Shown: piece after piece, positions 32,632 through 40,784 of the stretch | Numbering within the stretch: position 1 is the first letter of the stretch | How the letters are laid out: each line of letters starts with the position of its first letter | Assembly (NCBI GenBank): GCA_051986485.1 | Contig: JBPYFL010000084.1 | Span: 68,498 to 132,497 of the forward strand | From: Streptosporangiaceae bacterium | GTDB taxonomy: Bacteria; Actinomycetota; Actinomycetes; Streptosporangiales; Streptosporangiaceae | Direction: 5' to 3' | DNA length: 64,000 nt | Position numbers and translations under genes: made by a program | Notes under the pieces: model-generated | Told to the model about the DNA's origin: nothing | What the model saw: the letters and a program-made list of their open reading frames with translations, nothing else | The model's database searches: none

Positions 32632-32722
32632 ACTAACCCCGGACGCACCTGACCCCGGACGAACTGACCCCGGACGAACTAACCCCGGACGGACCTGGCT
32701 CCGGAGGCACCTGGCCCTGAAG
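32632..32722. repeat. ~15-bp degenerate tandem repeat x6 (ACCCCGGACG[A/C]ACTG-like)
   Basis: Read directly after the flotillin stop: aaccccggacgcacctg accccggacgaactg accccggacgaacta accccggacggacctg gctccggaggcacctg gccctgaaggcgcc. Confidence 0.7.
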
Positions 32723-32800
32723 GCGCCGGCGTCCGGTCCCTCTCCGCTGGCCTTAACCTCTTGTCTGGCCTGCCCGCCCGGTTGTCTCCGTTCGCGGCCT

Positions 32801-33874
32801 ATGGCCGCGAACCGGCTGCCGTCAGCGATGAGTCAATGCCTTTTTGCCCGGGCGTGGGAAGCCGTTGGCGGGACGCCGGGCATGCCTGATCCCAGACGGG
32901 AGTACCGGATGGGTGACGGGGGACGGGTACGCGGCCCGGCCGGCGTCGGCCGGGCCGCACGCTCGTGCGGTGCGCGGCGCCCGGGAATCAGGCGGCGCAC
33001 CTCGGGTCGCTGGTCGCACCTGGCGTGCCCGGCAGCGGTAGTGCTGGCGCTGTGCGCGGCGGCCGCCGTCATGCCCACGGTGCCAACGGCTCCGAACGCG
33101 AGCCCGCAAGTGATGCAGGTACGGCTGCTCAGCGCGCACGGTGCGGTGGCTGCGCGCCATCGGGTGACTGGGCGGCATCGGGTGACTGGGCGCCATCGGG
33201 TGGCCGTGCGCCGTCCCGCGGCCGTGCGCCGTCCGGCGGCAGGCGAGGGCCCGGCCGTGGGGGCGCTGTTCTACCAGGGCCTCGGCGGCCAGCATTTCTG
33301 CACCGCGACGGTCGTGCACAGTCCGGTCCATGACCTGATCGTCACCGCCGCGCATTGCGCCGACCCGGGCGGCCGTCCCCGGCATTTCGTGTTCGCCCCG
33401 GGCTACCGCGACGGCCGCGCGCCGTACGGCGTCTGGACGGTGCGGCAGGTCATCGTTGACACCGCCTGGGCGACCTCGCAGGATCCGGCCGACGACGTGG
33501 CATTCGCCGTAGTGAACCGGTCGGGTGGAAAGAACATCGGTGACCTCGTCACCGGTGAGGACATCGGCCAGACGGCCGGCTTCCACGGCCTGGTGCGGGT
33601 GATCGGCTACCCGGACACCGCGCAGCGCCCGGTCGACTGCGACAACCCCATCAGCGAGTCCGCGTACGGGCTGGTGTTCGACTGTCCCGGCTTCACCGAC
33701 GGCACCAGCGGCGGCCCGTGGATCGCCGGGCTCGATCCGCCGTCGGGCGCCCGGATCATCGGCCTGATCGGCGGTTACCAGGAGGGCGGCGACACAGCCT
33801 CGGTCTCCTACAGCCCCGTGTTCGGGGCCAACGTCGCGAGCTTGTACCAGCAGGCCGTCCGCGCCGGCGGGTGA
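32801..33874 (+). CDS. Secreted trypsin-like (S1 family) serine protease
   Basis: The active-site His context is VTAAHC. The active-site Ser context is GTSGGPW. A signal/TM-like N-terminus is present (AVVLALCAAAAV). An HRVTGR/RRPAAV short repeat lies in the pro-region. The start is uncertain and may be the internal ATG at 32909. Confidence 0.6.
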   Translation: MAANRLPSAMSQCLFARAWEAVGGTPGMPDPRREYRMGDGGRVRGPAGVGRAARSCGARRPGIRRRTSGRWSHLACPAAVVLALCAAAAVMPTVPTAPNASPQVMQVRLLSAHGAVAARHRVTGRHRVTGRHRVAVRRPAAVRRPAAGEGPAVGALFYQGLGGQHFCTATVVHSPVHDLIVTAAHCADPGGRPRHFVFAPGYRDGRAPYGVWTVRQVIVDTAWATSQDPADDVAFAVVNRSGGKNIGDLVTGEDIGQTAGFHGLVRVIGYPDTAQRPVDCDNPISESAYGLVFDCPGFTDGTSGGPWIAGLDPPSGARIIGLIGGYQEGGDTASVSYSPVFGANVASLYQQAVRAGG

Positions 33875-33936
33875 CCCGGTGCGCACCGGCCGGCCCGCCT
33901 CCGGCGGGCGTCGGCGTGCGTGATTCCATACCTGCC

Positions 33937-34398
33937 GTGACAGCGCAAACGCCAGTTACTGACGAGCAGGTTGCTTGGCTCCGCGCGTACCTGGCCGGTG
34001 CCATGGACGAAGCCCAGGAACTGGGCGCCCGGGTGCTGGCTCCCGGTGCGATGGCCGGTATCGGAGCGCTCGTGCACGCCGCGATGGTCGTCGCGGCCCG
34101 GCGGAAGTTCCAGTCCGGGTGGACGGCCGCCGACGTCACCGGGTTTGTCGCCGACGTGCGCCGGCTGCTCAGCGACCAGCCTGACGCGCTGGATCCGCTC
34201 GTGGCCGAGCACGAGTTGCGGCGCGCGCTCGGCGAGAAACCGACCAGCCGCCCCAGCCCACGATCGCGGGGACGCGCGCAATTCATCCTGCTGAACGCGC
34301 TCGTGCAGAGCCTGGACCTCAATGAGGCTGAGGTAGCAGCGCTGCTCACTGAGGCGCGGGGCATCGCGGACAGCCTGCTGGCAGGCGGGTCTCGCTAG
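33937..34398 (+). CDS. Hypothetical protein
   Basis: An ORF with helical character downstream of the protease. No family was recognised. The GTG start at 33937 is a guess. Confidence 0.3.
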   Translation: MTAQTPVTDEQVAWLRAYLAGAMDEAQELGARVLAPGAMAGIGALVHAAMVVAARRKFQSGWTAADVTGFVADVRRLLSDQPDALDPLVAEHELRRALGEKPTSRPSPRSRGRAQFILLNALVQSLDLNEAEVAALLTEARGIADSLLAGGSR

Positions 34399-34414
34399 CA
34401 GAGCCCGGCGGGCG

Positions 34415-34921
34415 TCACATTTCGCCGATGGCGCCTTCCAGCGTTTTGTCGATCTTGTCGGGCTCCACGTCGAGCCGCTCGGTGGTGTGCCGCTGGGCGC
34501 GGGTCACCGCCTGCTGGACCGCCTGCTCGACCCTCCCCTCGCCGACAACGAGGAGCCCGGCCTCACCAGGGCCGATGAAGTCGCCGAGCTCCTTGGCCCG
34601 GGACCGGGACATGCCCTTGGACAAATGGCCGGTGATCCCGCCGATGACGCCGCCGACGGCCGCCGCGCCGAGCAGCGACGGCGGGAAGATGAGCCCGACT
34701 ACCCCGCCGGCCGCGATGCCCCACCATGCGCCGTGCCGCGTCGCCGTCTCGTCCTTGTTCTCGTGAATCCGGCCGTTGGCGTCCTTGGTGACGACGGCCG
34801 CGTCATAGGAGCCGACCAGGCCGCCCGAGTGGAGATCCTTGACGACCTGATAGTCCTCTCGCGCCGTGGCCTCGTCGGGATACGTCGCGACATAGATGAA
34901 CGTGTTACCGCCCCTGGACAT
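34415..34921 (-). CDS. DUF1269 domain membrane protein (general-stress-like)
   Basis: An N-terminal soluble domain is followed by a Gly-zipper membrane segment (WWGIAAGGVVGLIFPPSLLGAAAVGGVIGGITG) and a C-terminal domain. Confidence 0.6.
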   Translation of the reverse strand: MSRGGNTFIYVATYPDEATAREDYQVVKDLHSGGLVGSYDAAVVTKDANGRIHENKDETATRHGAWWGIAAGGVVGLIFPPSLLGAAAVGGVIGGITGHLSKGMSRSRAKELGDFIGPGEAGLLVVGEGRVEQAVQQAVTRAQRHTTERLDVEPDKIDKTLEGAIGEM

Positions 34922-34996
34922 AGCGAGCCCTCCCCGTGTCGCCGCACGCTGCGGTGTGGTTCAGCTCAGCCTCGCGGCGCCGGGCGGACCGCGGCA

Positions 34997-36763
34997 TCAC
35001 CCGCCATGAGTGATGCCGGTGCCCGCGGTGCCCAGCCGCATCCACACCGTCACATCCGGCGGCACCGCGGCCGGTGCGCCCGGCATCGCCCCGGCGGCCG
35101 CCCCCGTGGCCGCGCCGGTGCCGCCGAGCGGGACGCTGGAGTACAGGATCTCTGCGCCGTCGGGAAGCTGAACCGGCTCGAGACCGAGGTTGGCGAGCAC
35201 GCCCGTCCCGTTGTTGATGAACGCCACGGTTTCGCTGCCGGCGCCGACGCCAGCAGCGGTGCCGGTACCGGCGTCCGGCCCGCGCGGCGGCCAGTCCCAC
35301 CAATCGAGGGAGCCGCTGCCGAGATCGAGTTCCCGGCGCAGCCGCAGCGCCTCCCGGTACATCTCGTAGGTCGAGCCCGGAACGCCCGCCTGCCGGTCCA
35401 GGGCGTAGTGGCCCCACCACGATGGCTGCGGCAGCCAGGTCCGCGCCGTGGTGCTGAAACCGTACGACGGCCCGCCGTCACACCACGGCAGCGGCACCCG
35501 GCAGCCATCGCGGCCACGGCGGGTGTGACCGGACAGCTCCCAGACCGGGTCCCGGCGCGCCTCGTCCGGCATGTCGGTGTACTCCGGCAGGCCCAGTTCC
35601 TCGCCCTGGTACAGGTAGGCCGCGCCGGGGAGCGCCAGCATCAGCAGCGTCGCGGCGCGACCGCGCCACTGCCCCCGCTCACTGCGGCCATCATCGTCAC
35701 CGGCCAGCCGGGTGGTGTGCCGGACGACGTCGTGGTTCGACAGGACCCAGGTGGTCGGCGCCTGCACCGCGTCGTTGGCCCGCAACGACGTCTCGATGAC
35801 CTCGCGAAGCGCCGGGGCCGACCACGGCGCCAGCAGATACGGGAAGTTGAACGCCTGATGCAGCTCATCCGGCCGCACATACCGGGCCAGCTCCGGTGCC
35901 GGGCCGACCCACGCCTCGGCGACCAGGACCGCGCCGTAGGAGTCGGCGATGTCGCGCCAGTCCCGGTAGATCTCGTGCACCCCGTCCTGGTTCCACATCG
36001 GCAGCGGGTGCGTTCCGATGCCGCGGATTGAGGCGCCTGCGATGTCGGGCAGTCCCTCCGCCTTCACCAGGCCGTGCGCGACGTCGATGCGGAACCCGTC
36101 CACCCCCCGGTCCAGCCAGAACCGCAGCACCGACCGGAACTCCTCGCGCACCTCCGGGTTCGACCAGTTGAGGTCGGGCTGCGTCGAGTCGAACAGGTGC
36201 AGGTACCACTGCCCGGGGGTGCCGTCCGGTCCCGGGAGCCTCGTCCAGGCCGAACGGCCGCGCATGCTGGGCCAGTCGTTCGGCGGTTCCTGACCAGCCA
36301 CGCCACGGCCGTTTCGGAAGATGTAACGTTCCCGCTCCTTGCTGCCGGGTGGCGCGGTCCGGGCAGCGCGGAACCACGGATGTTCCTCGGACGTGTGGTT
36401 GGGCACCAGGTCGACGATCACCCGCAGCCCGAGCGTGTGGGCGCGGGCGATCAGCGCGTCGGCGTCGCGGAGCGTGCCGTAGCCGGGGTCCACGTCGCGG
36501 TAGTCGGCGACGTCGTAGCCGAAATCGGTCTGCGGGGACCGGTAGAACGGCGAGATCCAGACCGCGTCCACGCCGAGCCTCGCGAGATGCTCCAGGTGGT
36601 CGGCGATACCGGGCAGGTCGCCGATGCCGTCGCCGTTGCCGTCGGCGAACGAGCGCGGGTAGATCTGGTAGATCACCGCATGCCGCCACCAGGGCTCGCC
36701 GGGTAGCGATGCCGGGTGAACGGGTGCGGTCTGGCCTGCGGGGAAGCTGCGCGCGGTCGTCAT
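34997..36763 (-). CDS. Alpha-glucosidase / oligo-1,6-glucosidase (GH13)
   Basis: GH13 conserved regions are present (DAVWISPFYRSPQTDFGYDVADY, GFRIDVAH, EAWV, FLSNHD-like VLSNHDVVR). The start was taken at the internal ATG. The ORF-track N-terminal 112 aa is an Arg/Gly-rich extension. Confidence 0.8.
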   Translation of the reverse strand: MTTARSFPAGQTAPVHPASLPGEPWWRHAVIYQIYPRSFADGNGDGIGDLPGIADHLEHLARLGVDAVWISPFYRSPQTDFGYDVADYRDVDPGYGTLRDADALIARAHTLGLRVIVDLVPNHTSEEHPWFRAARTAPPGSKERERYIFRNGRGVAGQEPPNDWPSMRGRSAWTRLPGPDGTPGQWYLHLFDSTQPDLNWSNPEVREEFRSVLRFWLDRGVDGFRIDVAHGLVKAEGLPDIAGASIRGIGTHPLPMWNQDGVHEIYRDWRDIADSYGAVLVAEAWVGPAPELARYVRPDELHQAFNFPYLLAPWSAPALREVIETSLRANDAVQAPTTWVLSNHDVVRHTTRLAGDDDGRSERGQWRGRAATLLMLALPGAAYLYQGEELGLPEYTDMPDEARRDPVWELSGHTRRGRDGCRVPLPWCDGGPSYGFSTTARTWLPQPSWWGHYALDRQAGVPGSTYEMYREALRLRRELDLGSGSLDWWDWPPRGPDAGTGTAAGVGAGSETVAFINNGTGVLANLGLEPVQLPDGAEILYSSVPLGGTGAATGAAAGAMPGAPAAVPPDVTVWMRLGTAGTGITHGG

Positions 36764-36771
36764 CTGCCGCG

Positions 36772-37449
36772 TCAGGGGAGTTTCCAGTTGACCGGCTCCG
36801 CTCCTTGCCGCTCCAGCATCTGGTTCGCGCGGCTGAACGGCTTCGAGCGGAAGAATCCCCGGTCCGCGGAGTTCGGGCTTGGATGGGCGGACTCGATCAG
36901 CGGCACGCCGTCCAGCAGCGGCGCGAGGCTGCGGGCGTCCCGGCCCCACAAGATCGCGACCAGCGCGGTCCGGCGGGCGGCGAGCGCCCGGATCGCCTGC
37001 TCGGTCACCTCTTCCCAGCCCTTGCCGCGATGCGACGCCGGCTTGCGCGGCTGCACCGTGAGCACCCTGTTCAGCAGCAGCACCCCGGTCTCGGTCCACG
37101 GCGTCAGATCCCCGGTGGTCGGCATCGGGTAGCCGAGGTCGTCGGTGTATTCGCGGAAGATGTTGATCAGGCTGCCTGGCAGCGGACGGACGTCGGGTGC
37201 CACCGAGAAGCTGAGCCCGACCGGATGTCCCGGGGTCGGGTAGGGGTCCTGGCCGACGATCAGTACCCGGACGTCATCGAACGGCTGCTGGAACGCGCGC
37301 AGCACCCGGTCACCAGCCGGCAGGTAGCGGCGCCCCGCGGCGATCTCGGCCCGGAGGAAGCCGCCCATTTCGCTGATCCGCCCGGCCACCGGCTCCAGGG
37401 CCCCGGCCCAGCCGGGCTCGACGATCTCACTCAACGGCCGTTCCGCCAT
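36772..37449 (-). CDS. ung: Uracil-DNA glycosylase, family 1
   Basis: Motifs include GQDPYP and [22 protein letters not shown]. The protein is 225 aa. Confidence 0.85.
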   Translation of the reverse strand: MAERPLSEIVEPGWAGALEPVAGRISEMGGFLRAEIAAGRRYLPAGDRVLRAFQQPFDDVRVLIVGQDPYPTPGHPVGLSFSVAPDVRPLPGSLINIFREYTDDLGYPMPTTGDLTPWTETGVLLLNRVLTVQPRKPASHRGKGWEEVTEQAIRALAARRTALVAILWGRDARSLAPLLDGVPLIESAHPSPNSADRGFFRSKPFSRANQMLERQGAEPVNWKLP

Positions 37450-37617
37450 GGATAGCCACCCTAGCCTCCCGGTGCCGCCGAATGCCGACGACGCGCGCGC
37501 CCGTGGGGCCTGTGACGTCCGCCGGCGCCCGCGGCGCCGCTGCCCGCATGAGGCGCCGCTGCCCGCATGAGGCGCCGCTGGCGGCCCGGTCGCCAGCAGT
37601 GCAGGGAGCCCACCACA

Positions 37618-37634
37618 GATACCCTGCCGGGGTA
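37618..37634. promoter_or_regulatory. Candidate CsoR operator (ATACCC-N5-GGGTAT)
   Basis: A GC-run pseudo-palindrome ATACCCTGCCGGGGTAT lies 50 bp upstream of the csoR ATG. It has the same architecture as described CsoR boxes (TACCC...GGGGTA). Confidence 0.6.
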
Positions 37635-37683
37635 TGGTAATGTTCGGGTAGCTGGGCACGGCGGCATGGCAAGAGGGGGCGGC

Positions 37684-37965
37684 ATGTACGGATACACGCC
37701 GAACAAGGAGGAGTACCTCAAGCGGCTGCGCCGGATCGAAGGCCAGATCCGCGGCCTGCAGAAGATGGTCGAGGACGACAAGTACTGCATCGACATCCTC
37801 ACCCAGGTATCGGCCGCGACGAAGGCGCTCCAGTCGGTGGCGCTGGCGCTAATGGAAGACCATCTCGGTCACTGCGTCACCCAGGCGGCGGCCGAGGGTG
37901 GTGACCTGGCGGCCCTGAAGGTCCGCGAGGCCTCCGACGCGATCGCCCGCCTGGTCCGCTCCTGA
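37684..37965 (+). CDS. csoR: Copper-sensing repressor CsoR
   Basis: A DUF156 core is present ([38 protein letters not shown]...HLGHCV). AAGAGGGGG RBS. Confidence 0.85.
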   Translation: MYGYTPNKEEYLKRLRRIEGQIRGLQKMVEDDKYCIDILTQVSAATKALQSVALALMEDHLGHCVTQAAAEGGDLAALKVREASDAIARLVRS

Positions 37966-38053
37966 CCGGCGGCAGCGCAGGCCATTCGCTTGGCGCTGAC
38001 GGCGCGATGCGCCGCCAGTTGTCCACCATCAGGCACGAGAAGGGAGTTGCGGC

Positions 38054-38287
38054 ATGACGACGACCTACCAGGTGACCGGGATGACGTGCGCGCACTGCGT
38101 GAACGCGGTGACCGAGGAACTCAGCAACCTCCCGATGGTCGCCGGCGTGTCGGTCAACCTGGTCCCCGGTGGCCGGTCCGCCGTGACCGTCACCAGCGAC
38201 GAGCCGCTGGCCGCCGAAGACGTCGCGGGGGCGCTCGATGAGGCCGGCGACTATCGTCTGGCCGGCGACGACCTGCCCGGGAACTGA
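38054..38287 (+). CDS. copZ: Copper chaperone CopZ (HMA domain)
   Basis: 77 aa. The motif is MTCAHCVNAV. Confidence 0.85.
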   Translation: MTTTYQVTGMTCAHCVNAVTEELSNLPMVAGVSVNLVPGGRSAVTVTSDEPLAAEDVAGALDEAGDYRLAGDDLPGN

Positions 38288-38293
38288 CGCCCG

Positions 38294-40684
38294 ATGCGGC
38301 TACCCGGCGACCATGATCGTGGTGCACAGACTGCAATAGTGCAGCCTGTGCACCACGATCATGAAAAGGCCGGCCCGGCGGGCGGTCTGGACCTCGCGGT
38401 TGGCGGGATGACTTGTGCCTCGTGCGCGGCGCGGATCGAGAAAAAGCTCAGCAAGCTGGACGGGGTCGACGCGACCGTCAACTTCGCCACCGGGAAAGCG
38501 CACGTGACCTTCCCGGCGGAGGTCAGCGCCCGGGACCTGATCTCGGTCGTCGAGAAGGCCGGCTACACCGCTTCGCTGCCCGCTCCCGCGTGGTCCGCGG
38601 ACGACCGTGCCGCGGCCGATGCCTCGGATGCTGCGCCGACAGCGCCTGCGGCGCCGGCAGCCCCGGGGGCGGCCGGGGCTGATTCTGGGCCGGACGGCGC
38701 GTCGCTGCTGCGCCAGCGGCTACTGGTATCGCTGGCGCTGGCCGTCCCGGTCGTGGTCCTGGCGATGGTGCCGCCGCTGCAATTCCGTAACTGGCAGTGG
38801 CTGTCGCTGGTGCTGGCGTCCCCGGTGGCGGTGTGGGGAGCGTGGCCGTTCCACCGCGCGGCGGTGCTGAACGCACGGCACGGGACGGCGACCATGGACA
38901 CGCTCGTCTCGGTCGGGGTGGCCGCCTCCTCCCTGTGGTCGCTCTATGCGTTGTTCTTCGGCGCCGCCGGGCGGACCGGCGCGCACATGACCTTTGCCTG
39001 GCTGGCCAGGGCCAGCGCGACGGGGGACACCTACCTGGAGGTCGCCTCCGGCGTTACCGTGCTGATCCTGCTCGGCAGGTACCTGGAGGCGCGGGCGAGG
39101 CGCCGGGCCGGGGCGGCGCTGACCGCCCTGCTCGAGCTTGGCGCCAAGGACGCCGCGGTGCTAAGGGGCGGCTCCGAGGTGCGGATCCCGGCAGGACAGC
39201 TCGTCGTCGGCGACCGCTTCGTGGTCCGCCCGGGCGAGAGGATCGCCGCCGACGGGGTCGTCGAGTCCGGCAGCTCGGCGGTGGACACCTCCCTGCTGAC
39301 CGGTGAACCGGTTCCGGCCGAGGTGGGTCCGGGCGACGCCGTGACCGGCGGCTGCGTAAACGCCGGTGGCCGGCTGGTGATCCGGGCGACCCGGGTCGGA
39401 GCCGATACCCAGATCTCGCAGATCGCGCGCCTGGTCGAGCAGGCGCAGGCGGGTAAGGCCCCGGTGCAGCGGCTGGCGGACCGGATCTCGGCGGTGTTCG
39501 TCCCGGTGGTGCTCGGGCTCGCGGCGCTCACGCTGGCCGGATGGCTGGCGGCCGGCCAGGGTGCCGGGGCGGCCTTCACCGCCGCGGTGGCCGTGCTGAT
39601 CATTGCCTGCCCGTGTGCGATGGGCCTGGCCACCCCGGCCGCGCTGATGGCCGGGACCGGCCGCGGCGCCCAGCTCGGCATCGTGATCAAGGGCCCCGAG
39701 GTGCTGGAATCCACCCGAACCATCGACACGATCGTGCTGGACAAGACCGGGACAGTCACGGCGGGCCGGATGAGCCTGGCCGACGTCGTCGCGGCACCGT
39801 CGCAGGACGCTGGCGATCTGCTGCGGCTGGCCGCTGCTGTCGAGGACGCCTCCGAGCACCCGGTCGCCGCAGCGATCGTCCGTGGCGCACGGGAACGGCT
39901 CGGCGGGGATGGCCGGCTGCCCCGGGTGGACGCCTTCACCAGCCACCAGGGCCTGGGCGTGTCGGGCGTCGTGGACGGCCGCACGGTAGCGGCCGGACGG
40001 CGTAGCTTCCTCGAGTCCGGACGCGCGATGAGCGTCCCCGCCAGCCTGGCGGACCGCGGTGACGCGGAGGAGGCCGCCGGCCGGACGGCGGTTTACGCGG
40101 GATGGGATGGCCGCGTGCGCGGCGTGTTCGTGGTGGCCGACGAGATCAAGCCCACGTCGGCGGCGGCGGTGGCGGAACTGCGCCGCATCGGCCTGCGGCC
40201 GGTGCTGCTCACCGGCGATAACGAGCGCGCGGCGCGAGCGGTGGCCGCCGAGGCCGGGATCGGCGAGGTGATCGCCGGGGTGCTGCCGGCCGGAAAGGCC
40301 GCCGAGGTGAAGGCGCTGCAGGACGCCGGACGCGTGGTGGCGATGGCCGGCGACGGCGTCAACGACGCCGCCGCGCTGGCCCAGGCGGACCTCGGGCTGG
40401 CGATGGGCAGCGGCGCGGACGCCGCGATCGAGGCGAGCGACCTCACGCTGGTGCGGGGTGACCTGCTCGCCGTGCCCGACGCGATCGCCCTGTCGCGGCG
40501 GACGCTGGCAACGATCAAGGGGAACCTGTTCTGGGCGTTCGGCTACAACGCCGCCGCGATCCCGCTGGCCGCCCTCGGATTCCTCAACCCTCTGGTCGCC
40601 GCCGCCGCGATGGCGTTCAGCTCGGTCTTCGTCGTCACCAACAGCCTGCGGCTGCGCCGCTTCCAGCCGAGCTCGACGGAATGA
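38294..40684 (+). CDS. copA: Copper-translocating P1B-type ATPase CopA
   Basis: N-terminal HMA (GMTCASCAARIE). P-type motifs are present (TGEP, CPC, DKTGT, GDGVNDAPAL-like GDGVNDAAAL). The start is uncertain: an ATG at 38294 would make the palindromic element coding, and a GTG at 38348 is the alternative. Confidence 0.85.
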   Translation: MRLPGDHDRGAQTAIVQPVHHDHEKAGPAGGLDLAVGGMTCASCAARIEKKLSKLDGVDATVNFATGKAHVTFPAEVSARDLISVVEKAGYTASLPAPAWSADDRAAADASDAAPTAPAAPAAPGAAGADSGPDGASLLRQRLLVSLALAVPVVVLAMVPPLQFRNWQWLSLVLASPVAVWGAWPFHRAAVLNARHGTATMDTLVSVGVAASSLWSLYALFFGAAGRTGAHMTFAWLARASATGDTYLEVASGVTVLILLGRYLEARARRRAGAALTALLELGAKDAAVLRGGSEVRIPAGQLVVGDRFVVRPGERIAADGVVESGSSAVDTSLLTGEPVPAEVGPGDAVTGGCVNAGGRLVIRATRVGADTQISQIARLVEQAQAGKAPVQRLADRISAVFVPVVLGLAALTLAGWLAAGQGAGAAFTAAVAVLIIACPCAMGLATPAALMAGTGRGAQLGIVIKGPEVLESTRTIDTIVLDKTGTVTAGRMSLADVVAAPSQDAGDLLRLAAAVEDASEHPVAAAIVRGARERLGGDGRLPRVDAFTSHQGLGVSGVVDGRTVAAGRRSFLESGRAMSVPASLADRGDAEEAAGRTAVYAGWDGRVRGVFVVADEIKPTSAAAVAELRRIGLRPVLLTGDNERAARAVAAEAGIGEVIAGVLPAGKAAEVKALQDAGRVVAMAGDGVNDAAALAQADLGLAMGSGADAAIEASDLTLVRGDLLAVPDAIALSRRTLATIKGNLFWAFGYNAAAIPLAALGFLNPLVAAAAMAFSSVFVVTNSLRLRRFQPSSTE
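38312..38363. repeat. 52-bp near-perfect palindromic element (copy B; CATGATCGTGGTGCACAG[A/G]CTGCA arms)
   Basis: Read directly between the copZ stop (38287) and the copA HMA domain. It shares CATGATCGT...ACGATCATG termini with copies A and C. Confidence 0.8.
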
Positions 40685-40687
40685 GAG

Positions 40688-40744
40688 CAAGATCGTTGGA
40701 ACTCTGTGTGCGCTATGGTGCACACAACCTTCCAACGATCATGG
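40688..40744. repeat. ~56-bp imperfect palindromic element (copy C; GATCGTTGGAA...TTCCAACGATCATGG)
   Basis: Read directly 4 bp after the copA stop. It is about 85 % identical to copy A. Confidence 0.75.
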
Positions 40745-40784
40745 AGGGCTGCGGAGCAGCCGAGAGCGGGCGGGTCACCCGAAT

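Noticed and set aside
34997-37099. 700-aa version of the alpha-glucosidase with a 112-aa N-terminal extension
   Set aside because: The extension is Arg/Gly/Ala-rich and overlaps the ung gene on the same strand. The GH13 domain begins right after the internal ATG at 36763.
38294-38347. Treating the first 18 codons of the copA ORF as certain coding sequence
   Set aside because: These codons coincide with the palindromic element copy B. The start was left ambiguous (ATG 38294 vs GTG 38348) rather than asserting either.
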